Program-made: the position numbers and the translations under genes | The notes under the pieces: generated by a model | Seen by the model: the letters and a program-made list of their open reading frames with translations, nothing else | What the model was told of the DNA's origin: nothing | The model's database searches: none | DNA from: Neisseriaceae bacterium | GTDB lineage: Bacteria; Pseudomonadota; Gammaproteobacteria; Burkholderiales; Neisseriaceae | Direction: 5' to 3' | DNA length: 38,107 nt | Assembly (NCBI GenBank): GCA_030146285.1 | Contig: JASLBZ010000094.1 | Span: forward strand, 1-38,107 | In this document: positions 16,837 through 26,068 of the stretch, in pieces | How the letters are laid out: each line of letters starts with the position of its first letter | Position numbering within the stretch: position 1 is the stretch's first letter

Positions 16837-19140
16837 GTGAGTATTTTGTCTGGAACGTTTTCTTTAAAACCCATTTGTGCTGCACTCATCGCTTTTGGCT
16901 TTTCGGGTAGCCTATTGGCTGCGCCATTGTCATTAGGCTCTAGTAATGAAGTGGTCTGCGCGGCGCCGGATGCGACTTTTGTTACGCCGGTGGTTGGCAG
17001 TGCGCAAAAACAGCGCGAACCCGAAACCACTTATGTGGAAGCAGATCAATTAAATGGTCAAATCCAAAATCAAGTACATGCCTCTGGGCAAGTGATTATT
17101 GAACGAAATGACCAAACAATCAATGCCAATGATGTGCTTTATAATCAAGCAACAGATGAGGCGAAGGTCAAAGGGCATTTTGTTCTGAACCAAAATGACT
17201 CCAATGTTGAAGGCGACGATTTACAATACCAAATGGGTAAGCAGCAAGGCACGGCAGTCGATGCTAAGTTTGAAACCCAAACGGAAAAACAACGTTTACA
17301 AGGCATTGGTGATACTGTTGAGCTAAAAGGCAAAAACCGCTATCAGCTTACGCAAACCAAGTTCAATACCTGTCAACCAGGCGATGCGAGTTGGTATATT
17401 CGTGCCAAAACCGTTGATGCAGATTTTAATAACAATATTGGTGTGGCAAAAAGTGCCACACTGGTATTCAAAGATGTGCCTATTTTTTATTCGCCATGGA
17501 TGGACTTTCCTCTTAATGGCAATCGCAAAAGTGGTTTCTTAACCCCAACATTAAAAGCAGGCTCAAATGGCTTTGAGGCAATTACGCCATATTATTTTAA
17601 TTTGGCACCGAACTATGATGCCACGTTAGCACCCCATTTGATGACTGGCCGAGGCATGGCCATTGGCGGTGATGTGCGCTATTTAGAGCCCAATTATCGT
17701 GGTGAAATATCGGGTGAGTATTTGGCCAAAGACAAAAAGAGCGACCAAAATAACCGCTATACCGTCTCAGCAAAACACCAACAACAGTTGGCAGATAATG
17801 TGTATTTTGGTTTGGATTATAACCAAGTCTCGGACAGAAATTACATTCGTGATTTTGGCTCACGTGAAGAGTTAGCAGATGGCTCGCATCTAAACCGTGA
17901 AGCTTGGCTGTCACACAGCACAAATGTAGCAGGTGCAGCATTGACCACGCGCATTATTGCGCAAAAATACCAAACCATTCAAAATGACAATGACAGTATT
18001 GATGTGCCATACCAGTTAATGCCTCGAGTAGAAAGCACTTGGCAAAAACGCTATGGCAATGCGCGTGTTAATTTAATGGGACAATACACTCGCTTTGCCA
18101 ATCCCATTAAGCAAGAAGGGCAGCGTTTTGTATTTCATCCAAATGTAAAATGGGACTGGAGTAATGAGTGGGGTTTTGTTCGACCACAAGTCGGTGTTCA
18201 TGCCTCCTATTACAATCTGGATGAATTTAAAAACCATCAATCAAGAAGCATCAATCGTGTTTTGCCCATGTTCAGCTTGGATTCGGGATTGGTGTTCGAG
18301 CGTGATACTCAGTGGATCAGTGATGATATGGTTCAAACATTAGAGCCACGCTTATTTTATACTTATATCCCTTCAAAAGACCAAAGTGATATTCCAAACT
18401 TTGATACTTCTGAAAACAGTTTTACATTTAGCCAGTTGTTCCGCCAAAACCGCTTTTCAGGACAAGATCGCATCAATGCTGCGAACAATATTTCAGCGAC
18501 CATCAGTACGCGTTTTATTGAGAAAAGCACTGGTTTAGAGCGTTTTAGTGCTGGTTTTGGTCAAAGATTGTACATTACCCGTGATGATGTGAGCTTGGAT
18601 GGTAGTGTGAAAAACCGTGAGCGCGGCCGTTCAGACTTTTTGGCATTTGCTGGTGGTGATATCACCAAGAGCATCCGTTTCAATACCGATTTTCATTACA
18701 ATCAAGATTTAGAAACAACAGAATCGCTTAGTGCCTCTGTGCGCTATCAGCCGGAAGCTGGTAAAACAGTGAGTTTGCGTTACCGTTTAGGACGCTACGA
18801 TGAGATTTATTCCAACGTATTTGGAAAGAGCCGTCAGATAGATGCTGGTGTACAATGGCCAATTAAAGACAATTATTATGTTGTGGCGCGCTATAACTAC
18901 TCTATTACGGAGAGCATTGCATTGGAAAAATTATTGGGTATTGAATACCAAAGCCAGTGTGGATGCTGGAGCGCAAGCATGGTTGCACAGAATTATGTGG
19001 TGGATCGTGGCCGCACTAAAAATGCCATTTTCTTCCAATTATCATTAAAAGATTTAAGCAGTGTCGGAAATAACCCGGTTTCAGCATTAAGGCAAGCCAT
19101 TCCTGGATACAGTAATATGAGTGAGGTTACTAAAAAATGA
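16837..19140 (+). CDS. lptD: LPS-assembly outer-membrane protein LptD
   Basis: 767 aa. Signal peptide, an OstA-like N-terminal domain (YVEADQL...DQTINAN), a large beta-barrel, and the C-terminal Cys pair (YQSQCGCW). GTG start at 16837. It is followed by surA with a 4-nt overlap. Confidence 0.92.
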   Translation: MSILSGTFSLKPICAALIAFGFSGSLLAAPLSLGSSNEVVCAAPDATFVTPVVGSAQKQREPETTYVEADQLNGQIQNQVHASGQVIIERNDQTINANDVLYNQATDEAKVKGHFVLNQNDSNVEGDDLQYQMGKQQGTAVDAKFETQTEKQRLQGIGDTVELKGKNRYQLTQTKFNTCQPGDASWYIRAKTVDADFNNNIGVAKSATLVFKDVPIFYSPWMDFPLNGNRKSGFLTPTLKAGSNGFEAITPYYFNLAPNYDATLAPHLMTGRGMAIGGDVRYLEPNYRGEISGEYLAKDKKSDQNNRYTVSAKHQQQLADNVYFGLDYNQVSDRNYIRDFGSREELADGSHLNREAWLSHSTNVAGAALTTRIIAQKYQTIQNDNDSIDVPYQLMPRVESTWQKRYGNARVNLMGQYTRFANPIKQEGQRFVFHPNVKWDWSNEWGFVRPQVGVHASYYNLDEFKNHQSRSINRVLPMFSLDSGLVFERDTQWISDDMVQTLEPRLFYTYIPSKDQSDIPNFDTSENSFTFSQLFRQNRFSGQDRINAANNISATISTRFIEKSTGLERFSAGFGQRLYITRDDVSLDGSVKNRERGRSDFLAFAGGDITKSIRFNTDFHYNQDLETTESLSASVRYQPEAGKTVSLRYRLGRYDEIYSNVFGKSRQIDAGVQWPIKDNYYVVARYNYSITESIALEKLLGIEYQSQCGCWSASMVAQNYVVDRGRTKNAIFFQLSLKDLSSVGNNPVSALRQAIPGYSNMSEVTKK

Positions 19141-20090
19141 CGTTAAAGAAATTGTGTACCATCAGTGCTTTGGCTTTAAGCATGCAAATGGCTTTTGCTG
19201 CCCCTGTGCAGTTTGTTGATCGCATTGTGGCAGTGGCAGAGAACGAAGTCATTACCATGAATGAATTTCAAATGGCAGTGGCACAAGCAAAACAACAATC
19301 CCCTAAAGGCCAAGCGCCTACAGATCAAGAAGTCTTAAGTGGCATGATTGATAAAGCCTTGCTGATGACTGTTGCACAACGCAACGGCGTTGAAGTCAGT
19401 GAGGTTGAAATTGATGCTTCGGTTGCTGATATTGCCAAGGCCAATAAAATGAGCACCGAGCAGTTGTATAAAAAAGTGAATAAAGAAAGTGGTTTTAGCA
19501 AAGCGGCTGTACGCCGTGAAATCGCCAACAATTTAATCATGAGCAAAGTGACTGAGCGTGAGGTTTTAAGCCGCGTTCAAGTGAGTGATGCTGAAATCAA
19601 TAGCCTGATTGCATCTGGACAAGTTCAGCTGCCAGCAGGGCCGATTCCAAAAATCACCCAGTACGATACCAAGCATATTTTGATTTCAATTAACCAAGAA
19701 ACGCCAGCACCCATGGCTTTGAAGAAAATTGAAGAAATCCAATCTCGCCTAAAAGCAGGTGAGGCCTTTGATAGTTTGGCTCGAACCTATTCACAAGATC
19801 CAGGCAGTGCCGCGCAAGGAGGCTCATTAGGATGGGTCTCTCAAGGCGTGACAGTTCCTGAATTTGAAAAAGTGATGGTGTCTTTACCAAATGGTGTGGT
19901 GAGTCAACCGGTTCGCAGTGTGTTTGGCTACCATTTAATCAAAGTGGACAGCAAACGCAATCACGAAGACAAAGCTGCATTATTGCATGAACAAGCCAAG
20001 CAAATGATTACCAATCAACGTGCAGGTAAAGTGTATCAAGACATGATGATGCAATTGCGTAAAGATGCCCATATTGAAGTGAGAATGTAA
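19137..20090 (+). CDS. surA: Periplasmic chaperone / peptidyl-prolyl isomerase SurA (short form with a single parvulin domain)
   Basis: 317 aa. Signal peptide, a SurA N-terminal chaperone domain, and one parvulin domain (HILI...GGSLGWVSQG...FGYHLIKV). Conserved lptD-surA-pdxA context; ATGA overlap with the lptD stop. Confidence 0.85.
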   Translation: MTLKKLCTISALALSMQMAFAAPVQFVDRIVAVAENEVITMNEFQMAVAQAKQQSPKGQAPTDQEVLSGMIDKALLMTVAQRNGVEVSEVEIDASVADIAKANKMSTEQLYKKVNKESGFSKAAVRREIANNLIMSKVTEREVLSRVQVSDAEINSLIASGQVQLPAGPIPKITQYDTKHILISINQETPAPMALKKIEEIQSRLKAGEAFDSLARTYSQDPGSAAQGGSLGWVSQGVTVPEFEKVMVSLPNGVVSQPVRSVFGYHLIKVDSKRNHEDKAALLHEQAKQMITNQRAGKVYQDMMMQLRKDAHIEVRM

Positions 20091-21061
20091 TGAAAATGAT
20101 TGCCATCACCTCTGGTGAGCCATCTGGTATTGGACCAGATATTTGCTTACAGATTGCCTTAACAAAACAGCCTTATCCGGTTGTGGTTTTAGGTGACATG
20201 AGGTTGTTGGCCAATCGCGCTCAAGCATTGGGTTTGGGTATTCAGTTGGTGCCATATCAGTGCGATTATCAAGTTCAAGCAAATGAGCTTTTGGTGTGGG
20301 ATATTCCTGTCATTGAAGAGGTGGTTGCTGGGCAGTTGAATGTTGCAAACAGTGCTTATGTTTTGCAGCTTTTGGATGTGGCTTATGAGGGCATTCAGTC
20401 TGGCATTTTCTCCTCTATGGTCACGGCTCCAGTTCATAAAGCCGTGATTAATGATGCTGGTATTGCTTTTAGTGGCCATACTGAATATCTGGCAGATAAA
20501 AGCCAAACACCCAAAGTGGTGATGATGTTGGCTGGTGGTGGTTTGCGAGTGGCACTGGCCACCACACATATGGCATTGCATCAGGTTTCTAGTAGCATTA
20601 CCAAGCCACTTTTGCGGGAAGTTTTGCAGATTTTGCATGATGATTTGCAATGTAAATTCAAATTGGATAACCCTAGGATTTTGGTTGCAGGTTTGAACCC
20701 ACATGCAGGCGAAGGCGGGCACATGGGCTGTGAAGAAATCGATACCATCACCCCAGTGTTGCTAGAATGCCAACAAAAAGGCTGGAATGTGGGCGGACCT
20801 TATCCTGCAGATACCTTATTTCAGCCATTTATGTTAAAAGATGCTGACGCCGTTTTGGCAATGTATCACGATCAAGGTTTGCCGGTTTTAAAGTATGCAA
20901 GCTTTGGGCAAGGCGTTAATATTACTTTGGGTTTGCCATTTGTACGCACCTCTGTTGATCATGGTACGGCATTGGATTTGGCTGCAAGTGGTCAGGCAGA
21001 TGCGGGCAGCTTAATGGCTGCCATTAAAGAAGCTTACCAATTACAACCAGATAGCAATTAA
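20090..21061 (+). CDS. pdxA: 4-hydroxythreonine-4-phosphate dehydrogenase PdxA
   Basis: 323 aa. Motifs GEPSGIGPD, FSGHTEYLA, GLNPHAGEGG, AMYHDQGL, RTSVDHGTA. TAATG overlap with the surA stop. Confidence 0.93.
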   Translation: MKMIAITSGEPSGIGPDICLQIALTKQPYPVVVLGDMRLLANRAQALGLGIQLVPYQCDYQVQANELLVWDIPVIEEVVAGQLNVANSAYVLQLLDVAYEGIQSGIFSSMVTAPVHKAVINDAGIAFSGHTEYLADKSQTPKVVMMLAGGGLRVALATTHMALHQVSSSITKPLLREVLQILHDDLQCKFKLDNPRILVAGLNPHAGEGGHMGCEEIDTITPVLLECQQKGWNVGGPYPADTLFQPFMLKDADAVLAMYHDQGLPVLKYASFGQGVNITLGLPFVRTSVDHGTALDLAASGQADAGSLMAAIKEAYQLQPDSN

Positions 21062-21157
21062 TCTTTTTGTGTTTTTAGATTGATCGCACAACTGGTTTTC
21101 TATTAACATAAACATACATTACTGTTTGTAACTGTTTGTAAATATTTTGAGTAAAGC

Positions 21158-21964
21158 ATGACAACTGCTTTTGTAGAATTTCAAGATGTTAATTTTGCTT
21201 ATGATGAAAATCGCCCCCTTTTAAAAAACATCAGTTTTAAGATTGAGCAAGGCAATTTTGCTGCAATTATGGGTGGTTCTGGCAGTGGTAAAACCACGTT
21301 ATTGCGACTGATTACTCGCCAGATTGAACCAACCAGTGGCAAAATTTTGATTCATGGACAAGATTTGAACACGTTTGGTGCTGAGCAGATGTACCAGCAC
21401 CGCCGCCGCATGGGTGTTTTGTTTCAATTTGGTGCTTTGTTTACAGATTTGTCTGTCTTTGACAACATTGCCTTTCCAATGCGAGAGCACACCAAGCTTC
21501 CTGAAGCACTGATTCAAGATTTGGTGACGTTAAAGCTTAATGCTGTTGGCTTGCGAGGCATTGGTAACTTAATGCCATCAGAGCTTTCTGGTGGTATGGC
21601 AAGGCGTGTGGCTTTGGCTAGAACCATTGCGCTTGATCCAGATTTAATGATGTATGACGAGCCATTTACGGGTTTGGATCCGATATCATTGGGCGTGATT
21701 GCTCACTTGATCTCACGCGTGAATCATGCGCTAGGTGCGACAAGCATCATGGTGACCCATGATATTCAGCGTTCATTGGAAATCGTGAATCAGGTAATAT
21801 TTTTGGCGCATGGTGAAGTGATTTTTTCAGGCAGCCCAAAACAAATGCAAGAACTGGATTCTCCTTGGGTTAGTCAGTTTATTAAGGGCTCACCCATTGG
21901 GCCAGTTGAATACCGTTATCCTGTTACGAGTAGCTTACAGGCAGACTTAATGGCAGGTAGATGA
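21158..21964 (+). CDS. mlaF: Phospholipid ABC transporter ATP-binding protein MlaF
   Basis: 268 aa. Walker A GGSGSGKTT, signature LSGGMARRVALAR, Walker B MMYDEP. First gene of the mlaFEDCB order. Confidence 0.9.
   Translation: MTTAFVEFQDVNFAYDENRPLLKNISFKIEQGNFAAIMGGSGSGKTTLLRLITRQIEPTSGKILIHGQDLNTFGAEQMYQHRRRMGVLFQFGALFTDLSVFDNIAFPMREHTKLPEALIQDLVTLKLNAVGLRGIGNLMPSELSGGMARRVALARTIALDPDLMMYDEPFTGLDPISLGVIAHLISRVNHALGATSIMVTHDIQRSLEIVNQVIFLAHGEVIFSGSPKQMQELDSPWVSQFIKGSPIGPVEYRYPVTSSLQADLMAGR
21826..21837 (-). repeat. DUS variant (reverse complement GGGCTGCCTGAA) inside mlaF
   Basis: ttcaggcagccc read directly from the sequence. Confidence 0.5.
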
Positions 21965-22740
21965 TGAATTTTGTACAAAATTTAGGTGCAAAAACACTGA
22001 GTATGTTGACCAGCTTAGGTGCGATTTCTTTGTTCTTTTTGAACATTTTGGCGCACTCTGCAACTGCGTTTACACGTCCCCGATTAACTTTGCGCCAGAT
22101 GTATTTTTCTGGCGTATTGTCGATTGTGATTATTGCCGTTTCAGGTTTATTTGTGGGCATGGTTTTGGGCTTGCAAGGGTATACGCAATTGGTGAAGTTT
22201 AAGGCTGCGGATGCTTTGGGGTTTATGGTAGCGGCAGGGCTTTTGCGCGAATTAGGCCCCGTATTGGCTGCGATTTTATTTGCCAGCAGTGCCGGTGGTG
22301 CAATGACCAGTGAAATTGGCTTGATGAAAACCACCGAGCAATTGGATGCCATGAGTGTGATGGCGATTGATCCGGTTTCGCGCGTGGTAGCCCCTCGGTT
22401 TTGGGCGGGTATTTTGTCGATGCCATTGTTGGCCGCTATTTTTAGCACTTGCGGTATTTTTGGCGCATATGCAATTGGCGTTTGGCATTTGGGGTTAGAC
22501 AGTGGAATTTTTTGGTCACAAATGCAAAGCAATATTGATTGGAAGTATGATGTTGTCAATGGTGTCATTAAGTCCATTGTTTTTGGTGTCGCAGTTACTT
22601 TGATTGCGTTATACCAAGGCTTTTCATGTCGAGCAACGCCAGAAGGCATCCTCAGAGCAACCACAAAAACAGTGGTTGCCAGTGCTTTGGTGGTTTTGGC
22701 TTTAGACTTTATTTTAACTGCTTTTATGTTTGTTGAGTAA
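21961..22740 (+). CDS. mlaE: Phospholipid ABC transporter permease MlaE
   Basis: 259 aa polytopic membrane protein of the MlaE/Ttg2B family (..RELGPVLAAILFA..SAGGAMTSEIG.M..TEQLDAM..). 4-nt overlap with mlaF. Confidence 0.9.
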   Translation: MMNFVQNLGAKTLSMLTSLGAISLFFLNILAHSATAFTRPRLTLRQMYFSGVLSIVIIAVSGLFVGMVLGLQGYTQLVKFKAADALGFMVAAGLLRELGPVLAAILFASSAGGAMTSEIGLMKTTEQLDAMSVMAIDPVSRVVAPRFWAGILSMPLLAAIFSTCGIFGAYAIGVWHLGLDSGIFWSQMQSNIDWKYDVVNGVIKSIVFGVAVTLIALYQGFSCRATPEGILRATTKTVVASALVVLALDFILTAFMFVE

Positions 22741-22744
22741 AACC

Positions 22745-23212
22745 ATGAAACAACGAGTTCTAGAATTGTGGGTTGGCTTTTTTGTATTAATTGGTGTGAT
22801 TGCCTTGGTCTTTTTGGCATTTAACGTGGCTGCAGGCAGCCTTAGCACGTCACCCAAAAATAGCTATACTTTGAATGCTTCTTTCAGTGATATTGGTGGC
22901 TTGAAAGTCAAGGCGCCCGTGAAGGCTGCAGGTGTTTTGGTTGGACGGGTTAGCAATATTCAGCTAGACCCTAAAACCTACCAAGCGCATGTGAGTATTC
23001 AGATGGATGGACAATATGAATTCAGTGATGATGTGGCTGCTGAAATTCTAACTTCAGGTCTATTGGGCGAACAGTATATTGGTTTGCAACAAGGTGGCGA
23101 TGAAGCTGTATTGCAAAATGGAGATACCATCAGCGTGACCAGTTCTGCTTTGGTATTGGAACAACTTATTGGTAAATTCATGACTGGTTTCGCAGAAAAA
23201 AACAGCGATTAA
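22745..23212 (+). CDS. mlaD: MCE-domain phospholipid-binding protein MlaD
   Basis: N-terminal TM anchor followed by an MCE domain (GGLKVKAPVKAAGVLVGRVSNI...). ATG 22745 lies just after the mlaE stop (22740). The track start at TTG 22730 is less likely. Confidence 0.88.
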   Translation: MKQRVLELWVGFFVLIGVIALVFLAFNVAAGSLSTSPKNSYTLNASFSDIGGLKVKAPVKAAGVLVGRVSNIQLDPKTYQAHVSIQMDGQYEFSDDVAAEILTSGLLGEQYIGLQQGGDEAVLQNGDTISVTSSALVLEQLIGKFMTGFAEKNSD

Positions 23213-23268
23213 TGAATTGCATCAATTAAACGATATCAAGTATCAAGTATCAAGGTATAAGGAACAAA

Positions 23269-23871
23269 ATGATGAAAAAATTTTCAATGACCAGTGCGCT
23301 TAGCATTGCCGCTTTAAGCATTAGTATGGCTTTTGCTGCACCAGCAGATGCCGTTAACCAAGTCAAACAAAATGCCTCTCAAGTATTGAGCATTTTGAAA
23401 AAAGACACGGGTGGTAACAGTAACCAAGTTCGTTCAGAAGCCGAGCGCTACGCTATTCCCTATTTTGACTTTGAGCGCATGACGGCTTTGGCAGTTGGTG
23501 CACCTTGGCGTGGCGCAACGCCAGTACAAAAAACAGCATTAACCAAAGAGTTTCAAACGCTGTTGATTCGCACCTATTCTGGTACGATGTTGAAGTTCAA
23601 AAATGCCAATGTTGTCGTTCGTGATCAACCGATTGTTTCTAAAAATGGCCGTGAAATTACGGTAAAAACAGAGGTGAGCACAGGTTCTGGTAAGCCCGTA
23701 AAAATGGATTACACCATGTACCAAAGTGGTAACAAATACCGTGTTTACAATGTGTCTGTTGAAGGTGCGAGTTTGGTAACGGTATACCGCAATCAGTTTG
23801 GTGAAACGATTCGCAAAAAAGGCATTGATGGATTGGTTGCTGAACTTAAAGTTAAAAACGGCAGTAAATAA
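23269..23871 (+). CDS. mlaC: Periplasmic phospholipid-binding protein MlaC (Ttg2D family)
   Basis: 200 aa. Signal peptide ending MAFA|AP. Motifs of the toluene-tolerance Ttg2D/MlaC family (FDFERM...ALG..W, YR.YNV.VEG.SLV..YR.QF). Confidence 0.88.
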   Translation: MMKKFSMTSALSIAALSISMAFAAPADAVNQVKQNASQVLSILKKDTGGNSNQVRSEAERYAIPYFDFERMTALAVGAPWRGATPVQKTALTKEFQTLLIRTYSGTMLKFKNANVVVRDQPIVSKNGREITVKTEVSTGSGKPVKMDYTMYQSGNKYRVYNVSVEGASLVTVYRNQFGETIRKKGIDGLVAELKVKNGSK

Positions 23872-24152
23872 TGATGCATATTCATTGCCATGAGCGCACC
23901 ATGAACTTGTCTGGCGACGTGACAGTTAACGACATTACTGGCGCGTTATTTAAACAGTTTGTACATTCACTCAATACCAATCATGTGGATCAGATTGATT
24001 TGTCTGGTGTACAACGTGCAGACTCAGCTTGCGTGTCTTTGTTAATCACGGCCATGCGCAATGAAAAAAATGCGACCATTGCATTGAAAAACATTCCAAG
24101 TGCAGTGGTTGCATTACTTGATTTATATGAATTGGACGATTGGATACGATAA
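23871..24152 (+). CDS. mlaB: STAS-domain protein MlaB
   Basis: 93 aa. STAS-like (..IDLSGVQRADSACVSLLI..). Its position after mlaC, with an overlapping stop/start, fits mlaB. Confidence 0.65.
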   Translation: MMHIHCHERTMNLSGDVTVNDITGALFKQFVHSLNTNHVDQIDLSGVQRADSACVSLLITAMRNEKNATIALKNIPSAVVALLDLYELDDWIR

Positions 24153-24154
24153 CC

Positions 24155-25168
24155 ATGAAATTAAAAATTTGTTTGGTTTGTACGGCATTGGCATTGTCTA
24201 ATGTTGCTTTTGCACAAGCAGAAAATAGTGCACAAGACAATGCATTGATGCTAAACAGTGCATCGCAAACCAGTATGGATAATGGTGTATCGAACCATGA
24301 GAATCGAACCATTTTAAATTATGATCCGTATGCTCCATATAACCGTTGGATGGATGGTGTTAATGATACCGTCGATCGCAACGTGATTGTGCCTGTGGCA
24401 CGAGGTTACCGCAAAGCTGTACCTGGTGTTGTGCGTGCAGGTGCTCGTAACTTCTTTAACAACTTGCGCGATGTGTGGAGCTTTGGCAGCAATGTCTTGC
24501 GCTTGGATGTGAAGCGCGCCAGTGAAGATTTGGTGCGTGTCGGTTTGAATACCACGTTTGGTTTGGGTGGTTTAATTGATATCGCCAGTGAAGCTCAAAT
24601 GCCAAACAACAAAAATGGTTTGGGTGATACATTTGCTTCTTGGGGCTGGAAAAACAGTCATTATTTTGTGATGCCATTAATTGGGCCTTCGACCGTTCGT
24701 GATGGCGTGGCCACATCACTGGCATTGGCTTACTCTGTGGACCGATTGATTATCCATGACCGTGTGTATCAATATGCTTCACCCATTGTGTTTGGTATTG
24801 ATCTGCGTGAGTCGGTATTGGATTTAACGGACAGCCTAGAGATGGCAGCCATGGATCCTTATTCGTATAAGCGTGATGTGTTCATGAATATTCGAGCCAA
24901 ACAAATTGGTTTGGATATTCCGCAAGCCGATGATGTGGATATTGATGACTTGGTTGACGAAGGCTCTAGTGTGGTTGCACCTGCTGATGCGACGGTAGAG
25001 ACTCTGGAGTCAGTCGAAGAAGTGGCAACGATGGATGCAGCACATGCAGCAATGGTGGCCAATAGTCTGGACAGTGCAGTTCCTTCTGCCTTGATGGAAA
25101 ATTTAAGTGCCCATGTTGTGATTGCAGGCAATGCCCATGAGGGTACGTTGTGGGCAAGTAATCAATAA
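24155..25168 (+). CDS. mlaA: Outer-membrane phospholipid-removal protein MlaA (VacJ family), with a long acidic C-terminal extension
   Basis: VacJ core: DPYAPYNRWM..VND..DR....P.A.GY, FFNNL, N.T.GLGG..D.AS, FG.TFASWG. ATG 24155 lies 3 nt after the mlaB stop; the track start at TTG 24140 is less likely. Confidence 0.88.
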   Translation: MKLKICLVCTALALSNVAFAQAENSAQDNALMLNSASQTSMDNGVSNHENRTILNYDPYAPYNRWMDGVNDTVDRNVIVPVARGYRKAVPGVVRAGARNFFNNLRDVWSFGSNVLRLDVKRASEDLVRVGLNTTFGLGGLIDIASEAQMPNNKNGLGDTFASWGWKNSHYFVMPLIGPSTVRDGVATSLALAYSVDRLIIHDRVYQYASPIVFGIDLRESVLDLTDSLEMAAMDPYSYKRDVFMNIRAKQIGLDIPQADDVDIDDLVDEGSSVVAPADATVETLESVEEVATMDAAHAAMVANSLDSAVPSALMENLSAHVVIAGNAHEGTLWASNQ

Positions 25169-25256
25169 AATAGGCTGAATCAAAAGGCATTTTTTGTTAT
25201 GATGTTGATGGGTTTGTTTAGCACTTAATCGAATGCTTGAAAAAGGAGTTTTGGGT

Positions 25257-25613
25257 ATGTATGAAGTCAATCGCAGTGTGTTTATGTTGGTTCCTCAAGA
25301 GCCATTTTGGATGTGGCTAAATGAGTTACCTGAAATCGAGTTGGGTGATATTATTTTAGAAGATTTGCAGTTAGATGCAAATGCTTACCTAACCAGTCCT
25401 TGTGAAGCTTTGGATGACGTGTGGGCTGAAGTCGATTCACGTTTGGCTGAACTATTCAGTGCAGAATTAGCTGACTGGTGTGAAGATCGCAGTTTTTGGC
25501 CTGATTTAGAAGCTGAGATTTTTTATGAATGGTTTGATATTCGTTTTTCAACCATCGTGACGGATTTGTCTCGTGAAGAACTGATTCGTGAGCCATTTGA
25601 AATTATTGAGTAA
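25257..25613 (+). CDS. Small acidic Trp-rich cytoplasmic protein of unknown function
   Basis: An ORF with a good SD (aaaggag, 8 nt upstream of ATG 25257). It has no signal peptide and is highly acidic (many D/E) with several W/F. I recognise no family. It is on the same strand as, and close to, mlaA and the thioesterase gene. Confidence 0.5.
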   Translation: MYEVNRSVFMLVPQEPFWMWLNELPEIELGDIILEDLQLDANAYLTSPCEALDDVWAEVDSRLAELFSAELADWCEDRSFWPDLEAEIFYEWFDIRFSTIVTDLSREELIREPFEIIE

Positions 25614-25651
25614 ACGCAGTGATTTAATGTGATGATACAAGGATAAGATTG

Positions 25652-26065
25652 ATGGCACATTTGACGTTTTTAAAAGTTCGTGGTTATCACTTGGACTTGT
25701 ATCAGCATGTGAACAATGCTCGGTATTTGGAATTTTTAGAAGAAGCGCGTTGGCAGTATTTTGACGATGCTGATCTGATGAAGACTTTTTTAAGTTCAGG
25801 TTTGGGTTTGGCTGTGGTGAATGTGAACATTAATTATCGCCGTGGAGCGGTGATGAATGATGAGCTGCAAATTGCCACCAAATTTGTCAGCTTGACACCA
25901 AGAAGTGCATTAATCAAACAAACCATTACTTTAAAAGGCACTGATAAGATTGTTGCCGATGCGGACATCACATTTGTTGTGGTTGATCCTAAATTAAATA
26001 AAGCAGTGAGCTTAGAAGGCCCTTTAGAAGCCGTCTTAAAAGACCTCATAGAGGCAGGTGAGTAA
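25652..26065 (+). CDS. Acyl-CoA thioesterase, 4HBT/YbgC-FadM hotdog family
   Basis: 137 aa. The N-terminal VRGYHLDLYQHVNNARYLEFLEEARW matches the YbgC/4HBT catalytic Asp-containing motif (..D...HV.N..Y..). Confidence 0.75.
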   Translation: MAHLTFLKVRGYHLDLYQHVNNARYLEFLEEARWQYFDDADLMKTFLSSGLGLAVVNVNINYRRGAVMNDELQIATKFVSLTPRSALIKQTITLKGTDKIVADADITFVVVDPKLNKAVSLEGPLEAVLKDLIEAGE

Positions 26066-26068
26066 TTC

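Noticed and set aside
21924-22820. A 298-aa ORF on the minus strand spanning the whole of mlaE.
   Set aside because: It is fully antisense to a confidently identified membrane-protein gene. The product is low-complexity and K/P/A/T-rich with no recognisable motif. It is a typical stop-free antisense frame of a hydrophobic-protein gene.
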